The position numbers were made by a program, and so were the translations under genes. From NCBI GenBank assembly GCA_040217195.1, contig JAVJNR010000008.1, positions 128,001 through 192,000 of the forward strand: DNA of 64,000 bases. Reading direction: 5' to 3'. The notes under the pieces were generated by a model. It did no database searches. It saw only the letters and a program-made list of their open reading frames with translations, and was not told the DNA's origin. Below are positions 40,611 through 48,461 of this stretch, in pieces (position 1 is the first letter of the stretch; each line of letters opens with the position of its first letter). This DNA comes from Leptospiraceae bacterium (GTDB lineage Bacteria; Spirochaetota; Leptospiria; Leptospirales; Leptonemataceae).

Positions 40611-40879
40611 ATCAGAATCGAAAGCTATAAAGCCCTGGTTGGGTGCCTGCCTACTATGCAGAGGCTCTGGCGCCTTTACTGGACAAAGCTGCATCCTCTC
40701 TGGAATTCCAGGTGCGGCGTGTAAATTACCCGCCGACTATGTTCACGCCGGATATCTTGCTGTTGAATATCGGTGGCGTATGGCCGGAAGGGTGGCAGCC
40801 GTTTTCCGGGCCGGTTTTTCAGCCGATTGTGCGCGAGCAGGGAGTGGGGGCGACAACCTTCTGAACGCATCAGCCTAGA
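40611..40879 (+). repeat. ~270-bp direct repeat, copy 2 (HIRAN 3' fragment)
   Basis: Starts ATCAGAATCGAAAGCTATAAAGCCCTGGTTGGGTGCCTGCC as copy 1 does and carries the same frameshift. Confidence 0.95.
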
Positions 40880-41018
40880 TCACCATATTCGAGACAGATG
40901 TTTTCGAATCAGAAACGCGCCAGCTATATGAATGCCCTGCTCAGCGAAAGACCGCGCATACCTGCGAGCAAGATCTTTTACGTTGTAACAAACATTACCC
41001 TCGATTATTCAGACTCCC

Positions 41019-41030
41019 TGTAGAGCCACG
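41019..41030. repeat. 12-bp direct repeat, copy 2 (TGTAGAGCCACG)
   Basis: Identical to 34683-34694. Confidence 0.55.
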
Positions 41031-41113
41031 CCGCATCGAACCTGAACTAAAAATCAATCGCCGGCGCCCAGCGATCACTGATACTGACAGGAAATAAAAT
41101 ATCAGAGGTTTGT

Positions 41114-41284
41114 ATGAAAACAAACGCCCCCAAAAGCATTACCTGGATTATAGCAGTGGTTCTAGGAGCCATTGGAATTGTCGCAAGTTTTGTAGTGATT
41201 CCTACCGTTTCAGTTTATGCTGGATATCTGGTTATGGCAGGATTCGTAATTCTTGCTGTAGCTTCAGCTGTGAAGGGTCTCTAA
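41114..41284 (+). CDS. Small two-TM membrane protein (56 aa)
   Basis: Not in the ORF track. GAGG SD, then MKTNAPKSITWIIAVVLGAIGIVASFVVIPTVSVYAGYLVMAGFVILAVASAVKGL*. Confidence 0.75.
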   Translation: MKTNAPKSITWIIAVVLGAIGIVASFVVIPTVSVYAGYLVMAGFVILAVASAVKGL

Positions 41285-41513
41285 GACCAGAATCGTTTTT
41301 CCATGACCGATGCAAGCATCTGCACTGGTGGACAGTCCACCCGTGCAAATGCCCGAGGAAAAACCGGCAACGTGATGTAACTATTAAGAATGCAATTTCG
41401 CCCGCCTTTACCCAATGCCGCGAAGTTCGCCTTATAGCCGGCGAGCTGCCTTAAGCCGCACTCGGATGCTGAGTGAATTCTCATTGACAACCTTTCACTT
41501 ATAGACCACCTCT

Positions 41514-41722
41514 CATCGGCGGGAGCCCCCGATGGAATTGTCCCTGTGTGGTCCCCGAGTGATCCCGGTACGTTATCGGCGAGCCCCGGGACAACACCGG
41601 CAAACTCGGCCGGAGCTAAAAAGTGAGGTTTCGGAGCTCCGCTCACAAATGCGGAAGATGCGCGGAGAAATACCGGGCCTTTCTTCTGAATCTTGGCCAA
41701 CCACACGATGGATGATTCCCAT
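41514..41722 (+). ncRNA. Candidate structured non-coding RNA upstream of rtcB (family unknown)
   Basis: Nested long-range helices: GTGTGGT(41546-52)/ACCACAC(41700-06), CCGAG/CTTGG, CCCGGTA(41564-70)/TACCGGG(41671-77), CGGAGCT/AGCTCCG; TTGACA at 41484. The strand is a guess. Confidence 0.45.
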
Positions 41723-42026
41723 ACCGTTCGGTGTAGTACCGTACTTTTCTATCCTTCTGTCCATGGCCCGGGAGATTGCAGAACGCTCGTTCTAAGAAAT
41801 GGAATCGTTCGCCTTATGTTCTGAGTTGCTGCCTTAGGCGAACCGATCTGGTATTTTCTAAATGATTGACAAATTACTTGAACCGGCGGCGGCCAGAATG
41901 CTTCTAACAATTTCTGCCTTTTCCTGACCGCAATTGTGCGGTTTGCTTTTCTAATCCATGGAGGCTCGATTAGCTAGATATGATAGCGGGTAGTAAAGTC
42001 AAAACTTTAAGATTTAAGATAAAGTC

Positions 42027-43232
42027 ATGTCCCATACACTTTCCACAGACCATTTGCCCGTTCGAATATGGACGGATCCTTCCGGAATAGAGGAGCAGGC
42101 CATTCGTCAGCTGCGAAACATTGCCAGCCTTCCCTGGGTTTTCAAGCATGTATCGGCCATGCCAGATGTTCATTATGGCAAAGGGGCCACGGTAGGCTCT
42201 GTCATCGCAATGAAAGAAGCGGTTAGCCCCGCTGCCGTGGGTGTAGACATAGGGTGCGGCATGGGAGCTTTTCGCACAAATCTGAGTCTGGAAGATCTTC
42301 CAGACAATCTTAGAAATATTCGCAACCAAATCGAACGGTCGGTGCCTGTGGGGTTCAAATCCCACCGAGATACTGTGGTGGGATCGCCAGGTCTCTATCT
42401 AACCGATTCCCATCGCCAGCGTGTGGAGAAGAATCTGGGTCAGGCCAGGCATCTGACCAGAGCTGTCCTTGGCAGCTCTCAGTCAGAAAAGATTCAAAAG
42501 CAATGCGGAACCCTGGGCGGAGGGAACCATTTCATTGAGCTTGTACACGATGAGCAGGATAGAGTCTGGATCTTTCTGCATTCTGGCTCCAGAAACATTG
42601 GAAAAAGCCTTGCAGATCATCATATTTCTATAGCGCGAAAGCTGGCTCACAACGCGGACCTTCCGGATCCGGATCTTGCGGTTTTTCTCTCCGGTACTTC
42701 GCAAATGCAGGAGTATCGCCGGGATCTGAACTGGGCTCAGGAATATGCTTTCTGCAATCGAATTACCATGGCATCTCTTATCTTTCGCGCCTTGCAGCAG
42801 AACTTTTTTCCCGATCTTACTCTGGAAGAAACGATTCTCTGCCATCATAACTATGTGTCCGAAGAGCATCACTTTGGTTCAGACGTTCTGGTGACTCGCA
42901 AGGGAGCCATCAGCGCTCGAAAGGATGAACTGGGTTTGATTCCAGGCTCCATGGGTACCCGCTCCTACGTGGTTCGTGGTCTGGGAAATCCAGATTCCTT
43001 TCATTCAGCCTCCCATGGGGCCGGTCGTCGAATGAGTCGAAACAGGGCTCGCAAGGAATTCTCCATCAAAGATCTGCAGGAGCAAACAAGGGGAGTGGAA
43101 TGCAGAAAAGACGGAGGTGTGCTGGATGAGATACCTTCCGCGTACAAAGATATAGATGTGGTAATGGCCAACCAGAAGGATCTGGTAGAGATTGTTCACA
43201 GCCTGAAGCAGCTGATCTGTGTAAAAGGGTAG
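42027..43232 (+). CDS. rtcB: RNA-splicing ligase RtcB
   Basis: MPDVHYGKG, GVDIGCG, GTLGGGNHFIE, HSGSR, HHNY, RKGA, PGSMG, SHGAGR, DEIPSAYKDI. Confidence 0.97.
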   Translation: MSHTLSTDHLPVRIWTDPSGIEEQAIRQLRNIASLPWVFKHVSAMPDVHYGKGATVGSVIAMKEAVSPAAVGVDIGCGMGAFRTNLSLEDLPDNLRNIRNQIERSVPVGFKSHRDTVVGSPGLYLTDSHRQRVEKNLGQARHLTRAVLGSSQSEKIQKQCGTLGGGNHFIELVHDEQDRVWIFLHSGSRNIGKSLADHHISIARKLAHNADLPDPDLAVFLSGTSQMQEYRRDLNWAQEYAFCNRITMASLIFRALQQNFFPDLTLEETILCHHNYVSEEHHFGSDVLVTRKGAISARKDELGLIPGSMGTRSYVVRGLGNPDSFHSASHGAGRRMSRNRARKEFSIKDLQEQTRGVECRKDGGVLDEIPSAYKDIDVVMANQKDLVEIVHSLKQLICVKG

Positions 43233-43291
43233 GCTCTTCAGGCATCGTTCCCTGGAATCCACGTTCTCTGTGCGGTGCTGGTTGGATTGTA

Positions 43292-43367
43292 GCCAGGCAG
43301 TTTCGTAGCCCGGTGGCTTCGGCGCCAGGCAGTTTCGTAGCCCGTGGCGCCCTGGCCTGGTAGTTTC
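43292..43367. repeat. Short tandem direct repeat (period 31-32 nt)
   Basis: GCCAGGCAGTTTCGTAGCCC at 43292 and 43324; partial GCCTGGTAGTTTC at 43355. Confidence 0.8.
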
Positions 43368-43487
43368 CTGACCTGCTAGATTCCTCCACTGACAGACAGG
43401 CATCGCGTAAAGATCGAACGATGAGAGCTTCTTCGAAAGTGTCTGCGCAGCACTTGAGAAAAGCTCTACTCAGAGTAATTGTGAATG

Positions 43488-44549
43488 CTAGAAATGGTAG
43501 GCCACTGACATAATGAAAATCTCATCCTGCAGCTTTTCCTGATTTCTTCGAGTGGAAAAGCCAGCCCGGGAAAGGAAGAATCGTTCCATATCGTAGTTGG
43601 CGATAGGCGTAAATGGCTTCTGGTAGGCCACCGTGATGTTCCAGTCTCCAATATAGAATCCGCTACCAAGTTCCCATTGTCTGTAGAACTCCGGATGGCT
43701 TTCGCCTTTTTCGATGAGGACTCCGCTATGGGGCTTTCTGTACAGACCACCAACGAAGGGTTCCATCCATTCAAACCGATAGGCCAATCGAAGGGAGAAC
43801 TCTGTAACCTTTTCCAGTTCAAAAAGCGTGCTGTCCACTCGGGTCTCGGGCTCCTGCCACGGATAAAAGGGTGTTTCCTGCCGATTGTCGGGCAGATCGC
43901 CCACAGGGAAGATCCCACCAATTCGAGCAACAATTAGAAAGGATTCCATGGAATAACCCAGAGTCAGTCCACTGCGAGAATCGTAAAATGGCTCATCGAT
44001 CATACTCTGTCCGGTGGCGGCCATACCCATATCTGCATCCAGCACAACCAGAATGGGCGAATCCATGGGAATACTGTAGCGAAAGCCGGTTCTGGGCCGG
44101 AGCCATCGAGCGGCATCTGGCGCATCCTTCTGGGAAAAAGCTGCATGTCCCAGTTCCAATCTCCAGGAGAAGTCTTCCAGAAAGGAAAGCTCCAGACTGG
44201 TCCTGCTTAGAAGTACGTTTCGGTTGCCTCTTTCGCCTTGTCTATATTCAAAATCCGCCATGATTCGATCCGCCGGAAGAGGATTGGTGCCTGCAACACC
44301 GGAAAGACCCGAAGGATGATGAGCCTTTAGTTCAGACAAAGAGAGTAAAATCAAAACAATGCTGATCGTTAGAATGAACTTGTTGGCTTTGGGATGCACC
44401 GGTCTTTCCGGGCCAGAGCAGGGATCATTTCCAGCCCCGGCATTTGAAATCGCATTAGAATTCGCATTTGAAATCGCATTGGAATTCGCATTAGGATTAG
44501 AAATCGGATCCGGATGCATTATTTCATTTCTTATCATATTACAAAGCAT
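43488..44549 (-). CDS. Putative outer-membrane beta-barrel transporter of the MbnPH cluster
   Basis: Signal peptide followed by HH (LKAHHPSG), amphipathic beta strands, C-terminal aromatic (VAYHF); the N-terminus has a 24-nt tandem repeat at 44440-44487, so the true start may be later. Confidence 0.6.
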   Translation of the reverse strand: MLCNMIRNEIMHPDPISNPNANSNAISNANSNAISNAGAGNDPCSGPERPVHPKANKFILTISIVLILLSLSELKAHHPSGLSGVAGTNPLPADRIMADFEYRQGERGNRNVLLSRTSLELSFLEDFSWRLELGHAAFSQKDAPDAARWLRPRTGFRYSIPMDSPILVVLDADMGMAATGQSMIDEPFYDSRSGLTLGYSMESFLIVARIGGIFPVGDLPDNRQETPFYPWQEPETRVDSTLFELEKVTEFSLRLAYRFEWMEPFVGGLYRKPHSGVLIEKGESHPEFYRQWELGSGFYIGDWNITVAYQKPFTPIANYDMERFFLSRAGFSTRRNQEKLQDEIFIMSVAYHF

Positions 44550-45565
44550 TCTGTCTCCTGCAGGAAAGTAGAAGAGGAGACTCGATTTCGAATGGCTGTT
44601 GCGCCGGTTCCGTCTGCGAAAAGCTGCCCAAAGTTTAGAAGCAATGGCCTGGAAACGGATTGGTTCAAATTTATATCCAGAGTACAGTTGAGGGAAGTGG
44701 ATGTATCTGCCAGGTCATTGGAAACGGTGGCAAACGGATTGGCATCTGTAGTTCCGGTGGCTGTAATCTGGCCAATGTGCAGTCGCACAGTTTTTACATC
44801 GCCGGGAGGCACCTGCAGGTTCAAAGTTAAGGCCTGATAATTGCGCCCGCCTGCATCGGTGCCGGTAAACCCGGTAAGCTGAAAGGTTCCTCCAGGCGTT
44901 CGAAAGCTGCCTGTACCGGACGTTTCCTCTTCGCCATGGGCCATAAGCTCTCCGCTTTTGTGCAGATACAGGAGGTTACTAATGATTCCCTGGAAGAGGC
45001 CGGGCTCGTAGAAGACTTCAACCTCCTGGACTTCAATGCTCAAACTACTCAAATCTATGGCAGCTCCTCCGCTGGAAAACTGGTCTATAGCATCCGATCC
45101 TCCATCCGTGAATCTAAGCTCCAGTTGCAGATCGGTGCGTGCACTTCCCAGCAAGAAGGAAGTCAATGCATTGTTCGTTTCTTCGCTATCGCCTACGGTA
45201 CCATACACACAATGCATCCCAGCTGACAGCGAAGCAACGAGCAGCATTAGAATCCATAAACGATTGAGCCCGGACTGTATGAGTTTGCTGGAAATTCCAT
45301 AACGAGCCAACCCGGTGGATCTTCCAGAATTCGCAATCCCGGCCGCAGTTTCTTCGGTTCTATAACTGATGAAGCCTGGAATACCGGAAGATCTCATAGA
45401 CCTGGTAGATCTCCCTGAATTCTCAATCCCGGGCAAAGTATCTGCAGTTTCACATTTGATAAAACCATTAATGCCGGAAACTCTGTTAGTGCCGGCGGAC
45501 CTGACGGAGCTTTCGGCACGTATCGTAGATTCCAGAAACCAGAATTCTTTTTGCAAACAACTCAT
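44534..45565 (-). CDS. Lipoprotein of the MbnPH cluster (DUF4382-like)
   Basis: Lipobox-like LLVASLSAGMHC at about aa 108-120; beta-rich; LLLNFGQLF. True start uncertain. Confidence 0.55.
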   Translation of the reverse strand: MSCLQKEFWFLESTIRAESSVRSAGTNRVSGINGFIKCETADTLPGIENSGRSTRSMRSSGIPGFISYRTEETAAGIANSGRSTGLARYGISSKLIQSGLNRLWILMLLVASLSAGMHCVYGTVGDSEETNNALTSFLLGSARTDLQLELRFTDGGSDAIDQFSSGGAAIDLSSLSIEVQEVEVFYEPGLFQGIISNLLYLHKSGELMAHGEEETSGTGSFRTPGGTFQLTGFTGTDAGGRNYQALTLNLQVPPGDVKTVRLHIGQITATGTTDANPFATVSNDLADTSTSLNCTLDINLNQSVSRPLLLNFGQLFADGTGATAIRNRVSSSTFLQETECFVI

Positions 45566-46836
45566 GGACCGAACCTCGGATTGGATGGACGGGGATTGGA
45601 TAATTTTGAATCGCTGGCAAAGTCCCAGTCCGTGAGTGCCAGAAGAAACTCTACAATATCATTTCTATCCGCATCCGAAATTGTGAATGGTCGAATTAAT
45701 GTAGTATCCACGCTGCCACCCACCGGCTGCCCTCTTTGCAAAGCATCGCCCCCGGCTCGATACATATCTACAATATCACGCAAAGCTTCCCTGGCACAGG
45801 CCTCCATAGCAGACTGGTCGGCTGCATTGGAAGGTGGGGAAGCACAGTTCACAGAGCCGTCGTGGAAATATGGCATGGTCAGGGCCAGATTGCGAAGGGA
45901 CGGAGCTCTGAATTTGCCTCGATCACTGCTGTCGCCTGTAACCTCCTCCAGACCTGTGGTAGATTTGCTGGAATATTCTGAATCGGAATAGGTTCCATTA
46001 TTGTGATAGGCGAATTCGATGGTTGCTGAATTGCTATGAACGCTTGTATCTGAAAAGTTAAAGCCGCCATGGCAATGGAAGCATTCAGCTATCTCACCGT
46101 TGAACAGTTCAAATCCCCGAACCTGGGCCGGAGTGGCTGTTGCGGTACCACGGGTAAACTTATCCCAGGTAGAGTTAAAGCTCATCATGGATCTCTGAAA
46201 AGAAGCTAGCGCGAATCGCACATTCTGTTCATTGATATTACCATCGTAAGCCTGTTCAAAAAGCTGGCGATAGGTTTCATCCGATGCGATGGTATCCAGG
46301 TAATCATCATTTTGCAGACCCAGTTCTACTATGGTGAACGGACCTGACTCAGAGAACATGGGTACCCTTGCCTGACCTTCCAGGGTGCTCAGAAGTGGAT
46401 TGTTCCAGGTAAGTCTGGAGCTGTAGGCCACATTGGACAGTTGCTGAGCGTTTCTGGGATGCAGCTCTCCCGTGGGATGGCCTGCATGCACCAAACCGCG
46501 GGGCCTTGTTTTTCCATCTGCAAAGGCCCTGGCCTGAAAATGGCAACTGCTGCAGGACATGGATTCATCCCTGGAAAGGGCCTTGTCGTAAAACAAATGG
46601 CGACCCAGTTCCACTCTGGCATCTGTCTGGCAATTGTCCGAAGGCACTACCGGAGACGGTACGCCCGAAGGCAGATTCCACTCGTAAGGAGCGCAACCTC
46701 CGCTGGCTGCAAGAGCCAGCAGAAGTGCACTGTTGTCCTCGGTCTTATCCGCGCAATGAGACCCTGAAAGTGCGATCAATAGGATCCACCCGGGCAAATT
46801 GCGGATCTTTTGCATAGAGAGCTTCCTGATATGCAT
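45562..46836 (-). CDS. mbnH: MbnH-family di-heme cytochrome c peroxidase-like lipoprotein
   Basis: LGRHLFYD, CSSCH and CFHCH, GKFRAPSLRN, MPYFHDGS; adjacent to mbnP. Confidence 0.88.
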   Translation of the reverse strand: MHIRKLSMQKIRNLPGWILLIALSGSHCADKTEDNSALLLALAASGGCAPYEWNLPSGVPSPVVPSDNCQTDARVELGRHLFYDKALSRDESMSCSSCHFQARAFADGKTRPRGLVHAGHPTGELHPRNAQQLSNVAYSSRLTWNNPLLSTLEGQARVPMFSESGPFTIVELGLQNDDYLDTIASDETYRQLFEQAYDGNINEQNVRFALASFQRSMMSFNSTWDKFTRGTATATPAQVRGFELFNGEIAECFHCHGGFNFSDTSVHSNSATIEFAYHNNGTYSDSEYSSKSTTGLEEVTGDSSDRGKFRAPSLRNLALTMPYFHDGSVNCASPPSNAADQSAMEACAREALRDIVDMYRAGGDALQRGQPVGGSVDTTLIRPFTISDADRNDIVEFLLALTDWDFASDSKLSNPRPSNPRFGP

Positions 46837-46838
46837 TT

Positions 46839-47687
46839 CTATCTCGCTTCAAAGCCCTGAGCATTGCTTTGATTCGCAGTGCCGTTGGATTGATTGAGTC
46901 CCATGCGGTTTCGCATTACACCGCATAAAGTGGCATCGCCTACGGTGTTACCCATACAGGTGGTGGCAGCATAGGTTTGTCCGGAGAACCAATCAGAAAG
47001 ATCGAATTGAATCCCACTGGCAACGCTGACACCTGAGACGGTTACTCGACCTTTCATCTCATTTGTACAATTCACAGTTGCGGTGCAAGCTGTGGATCCC
47101 AGGTGAAAGTTAATTACATCGCTTCCATCGGTGAATTCCAGCTTGGTGAATTTATAGCCACTGGTCCAGGACCAGTACATGGATGCTATGTTGAACGGAG
47201 CATCGGAAGTAGCATTATCCAGTTTGTTCTGAGTTACGGGTAACCCCACTGAGAAAGAAAGACCGGTGGCGTTGGCCGGTGGCTGAGAAATGATGATCTG
47301 TGCATTTGTATCGCTGGTTCCGGAAGTGGAGCAATGTCCGGTTCCGTCTTCCAGATCGATTAAGACAACACCATCTTTCTGCCATCCAGTTACATCCGGA
47401 ACGGTAGCGCTTACTTCTCCCTCTGGTGTTACCCAGGCGAATTCTGAAAGGTACAGTCTGAAGTCGCGAATTTGAACGCTACTGTTGGCACCCAGAGTGA
47501 ATGTCTGATTGCAGGAAATTGTGGCATCGTTGCTAACCAGGCTGACGGGCAGGGTAGCTGGAGTTGCAGCTAGAGCCAGCATGGTGAGCATGTTATCATC
47601 CTCTTGCTGGTTCAGAAAGCCACAGGACATCAATACGCTTGAAAGCGTTAGAGCCGTAAAAAGGCGAATACTAGTATAACGAATCAT
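46839..47687 (-). CDS. mbnP: MbnP-family copper-binding lipoprotein
   Basis: DFRLYLS, WQKDGVVLIDLEDGTGHC, MYWSWTSGYKF (WxW), FHLGSTAC; lipobox LMSC. Confidence 0.9.
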   Translation of the reverse strand: MIRYTSIRLFTALTLSSVLMSCGFLNQQEDDNMLTMLALAATPATLPVSLVSNDATISCNQTFTLGANSSVQIRDFRLYLSEFAWVTPEGEVSATVPDVTGWQKDGVVLIDLEDGTGHCSTSGTSDTNAQIIISQPPANATGLSFSVGLPVTQNKLDNATSDAPFNIASMYWSWTSGYKFTKLEFTDGSDVINFHLGSTACTATVNCTNEMKGRVTVSGVSVASGIQFDLSDWFSGQTYAATTCMGNTVGDATLCGVMRNRMGLNQSNGTANQSNAQGFEAR

Positions 47688-47952
47688 CGATTACCTCGAA
47701 AAAAATATATGCCGGGTATGGGAGAGAATCAAAAGAGACCACTCCTTACTCGGGCGAATATGGGACTGCAGGTCTTCCATCTAGAAACCTTCAGCCAGTA
47801 TGGTAGGGGCGGATGGAATTGTAGACGAACGGATTCCTGAATCGGCGCAAACCTGGTAACGGCACAGAAAGTGGCCGGTCAGGAATTCTTTGAACCCATT
47901 TGCGCAGGTTCAAAAGCGAATCAGTCAGCTATGCTGATGGAAACCGTTGATA

Positions 47953-48426
47953 CTAGCCCTGACGAAAGGGCGGCGGGCGAGGCAGAACTGGTAGATATTG
48001 AATCTGTTCTGGTGAGGACCCAACTCGAACCAGAGGGACTGTTTCTACAACAGCACCGTCCAGATTGATATTAAAAACCAGTACAAATGCCAGGATGGAT
48101 CCCAGGGTAATGTAGCCCTGGCAAACCGGACAGGATTCATGCTCATGATTGGAGCCATCATCTGAGGCATTGGATGCTCCACTGCCATGGCATGGAGGCG
48201 TGGCTCGAACTTCTTTTGCCGTGCCATTGGCCTGGGCTGTATGGGCTGGATTCTGGGAATTTGTCTCTCTAGAAGTCCCGGAGGAGTTATGGTGCTCAGT
48301 TTCGCCCGTGGAGGGCTGAAGACGAGGACATTCATGCAGTTCCGGTATTGCGAACTGCCCGGTGAAGCCGATAAAGGCCATTAGCGCAAGACTGCGTTGA
48401 ATGTCTTTGAGTCGTCCCCGCTTCAT
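47953..48426 (-). CDS. DUF2946-like leader protein (signal sequence, His-rich, CxxC, C-terminal RPPP)
   Basis: HEHESCPVC and terminal LPRPPPFRQG; first gene of the copper cluster. Confidence 0.75.
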   Translation of the reverse strand: MKRGRLKDIQRSLALMAFIGFTGQFAIPELHECPRLQPSTGETEHHNSSGTSRETNSQNPAHTAQANGTAKEVRATPPCHGSGASNASDDGSNHEHESCPVCQGYITLGSILAFVLVFNINLDGAVVETVPLVRVGSSPEQIQYLPVLPRPPPFRQG

Positions 48427-48461
48427 GTTTTATTGCGATCGTTACAACCTGCGATTTACTG

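Noticed and set aside
40324..40878. 184-aa + strand ORF
   Set aside because: Antisense of the DUF4236-like gene joined to an off-frame read of the HIRAN repeat.
38555..41300. Integron cassette array
   Set aside because: No attC-like RYYYAAC...GTTRRRY sites recognised, genes are in mixed orientation and no integron integrase is present.
41281..41795. Short ORFs on both strands upstream of rtcB
   Set aside because: No motifs or protein-like composition; nested base-pairing explains the region better.
43292..43367. Possible mini-CRISPR array
   Set aside because: Only two full 20-nt repeats with 11-12 nt similar spacers; no cas genes in the window.
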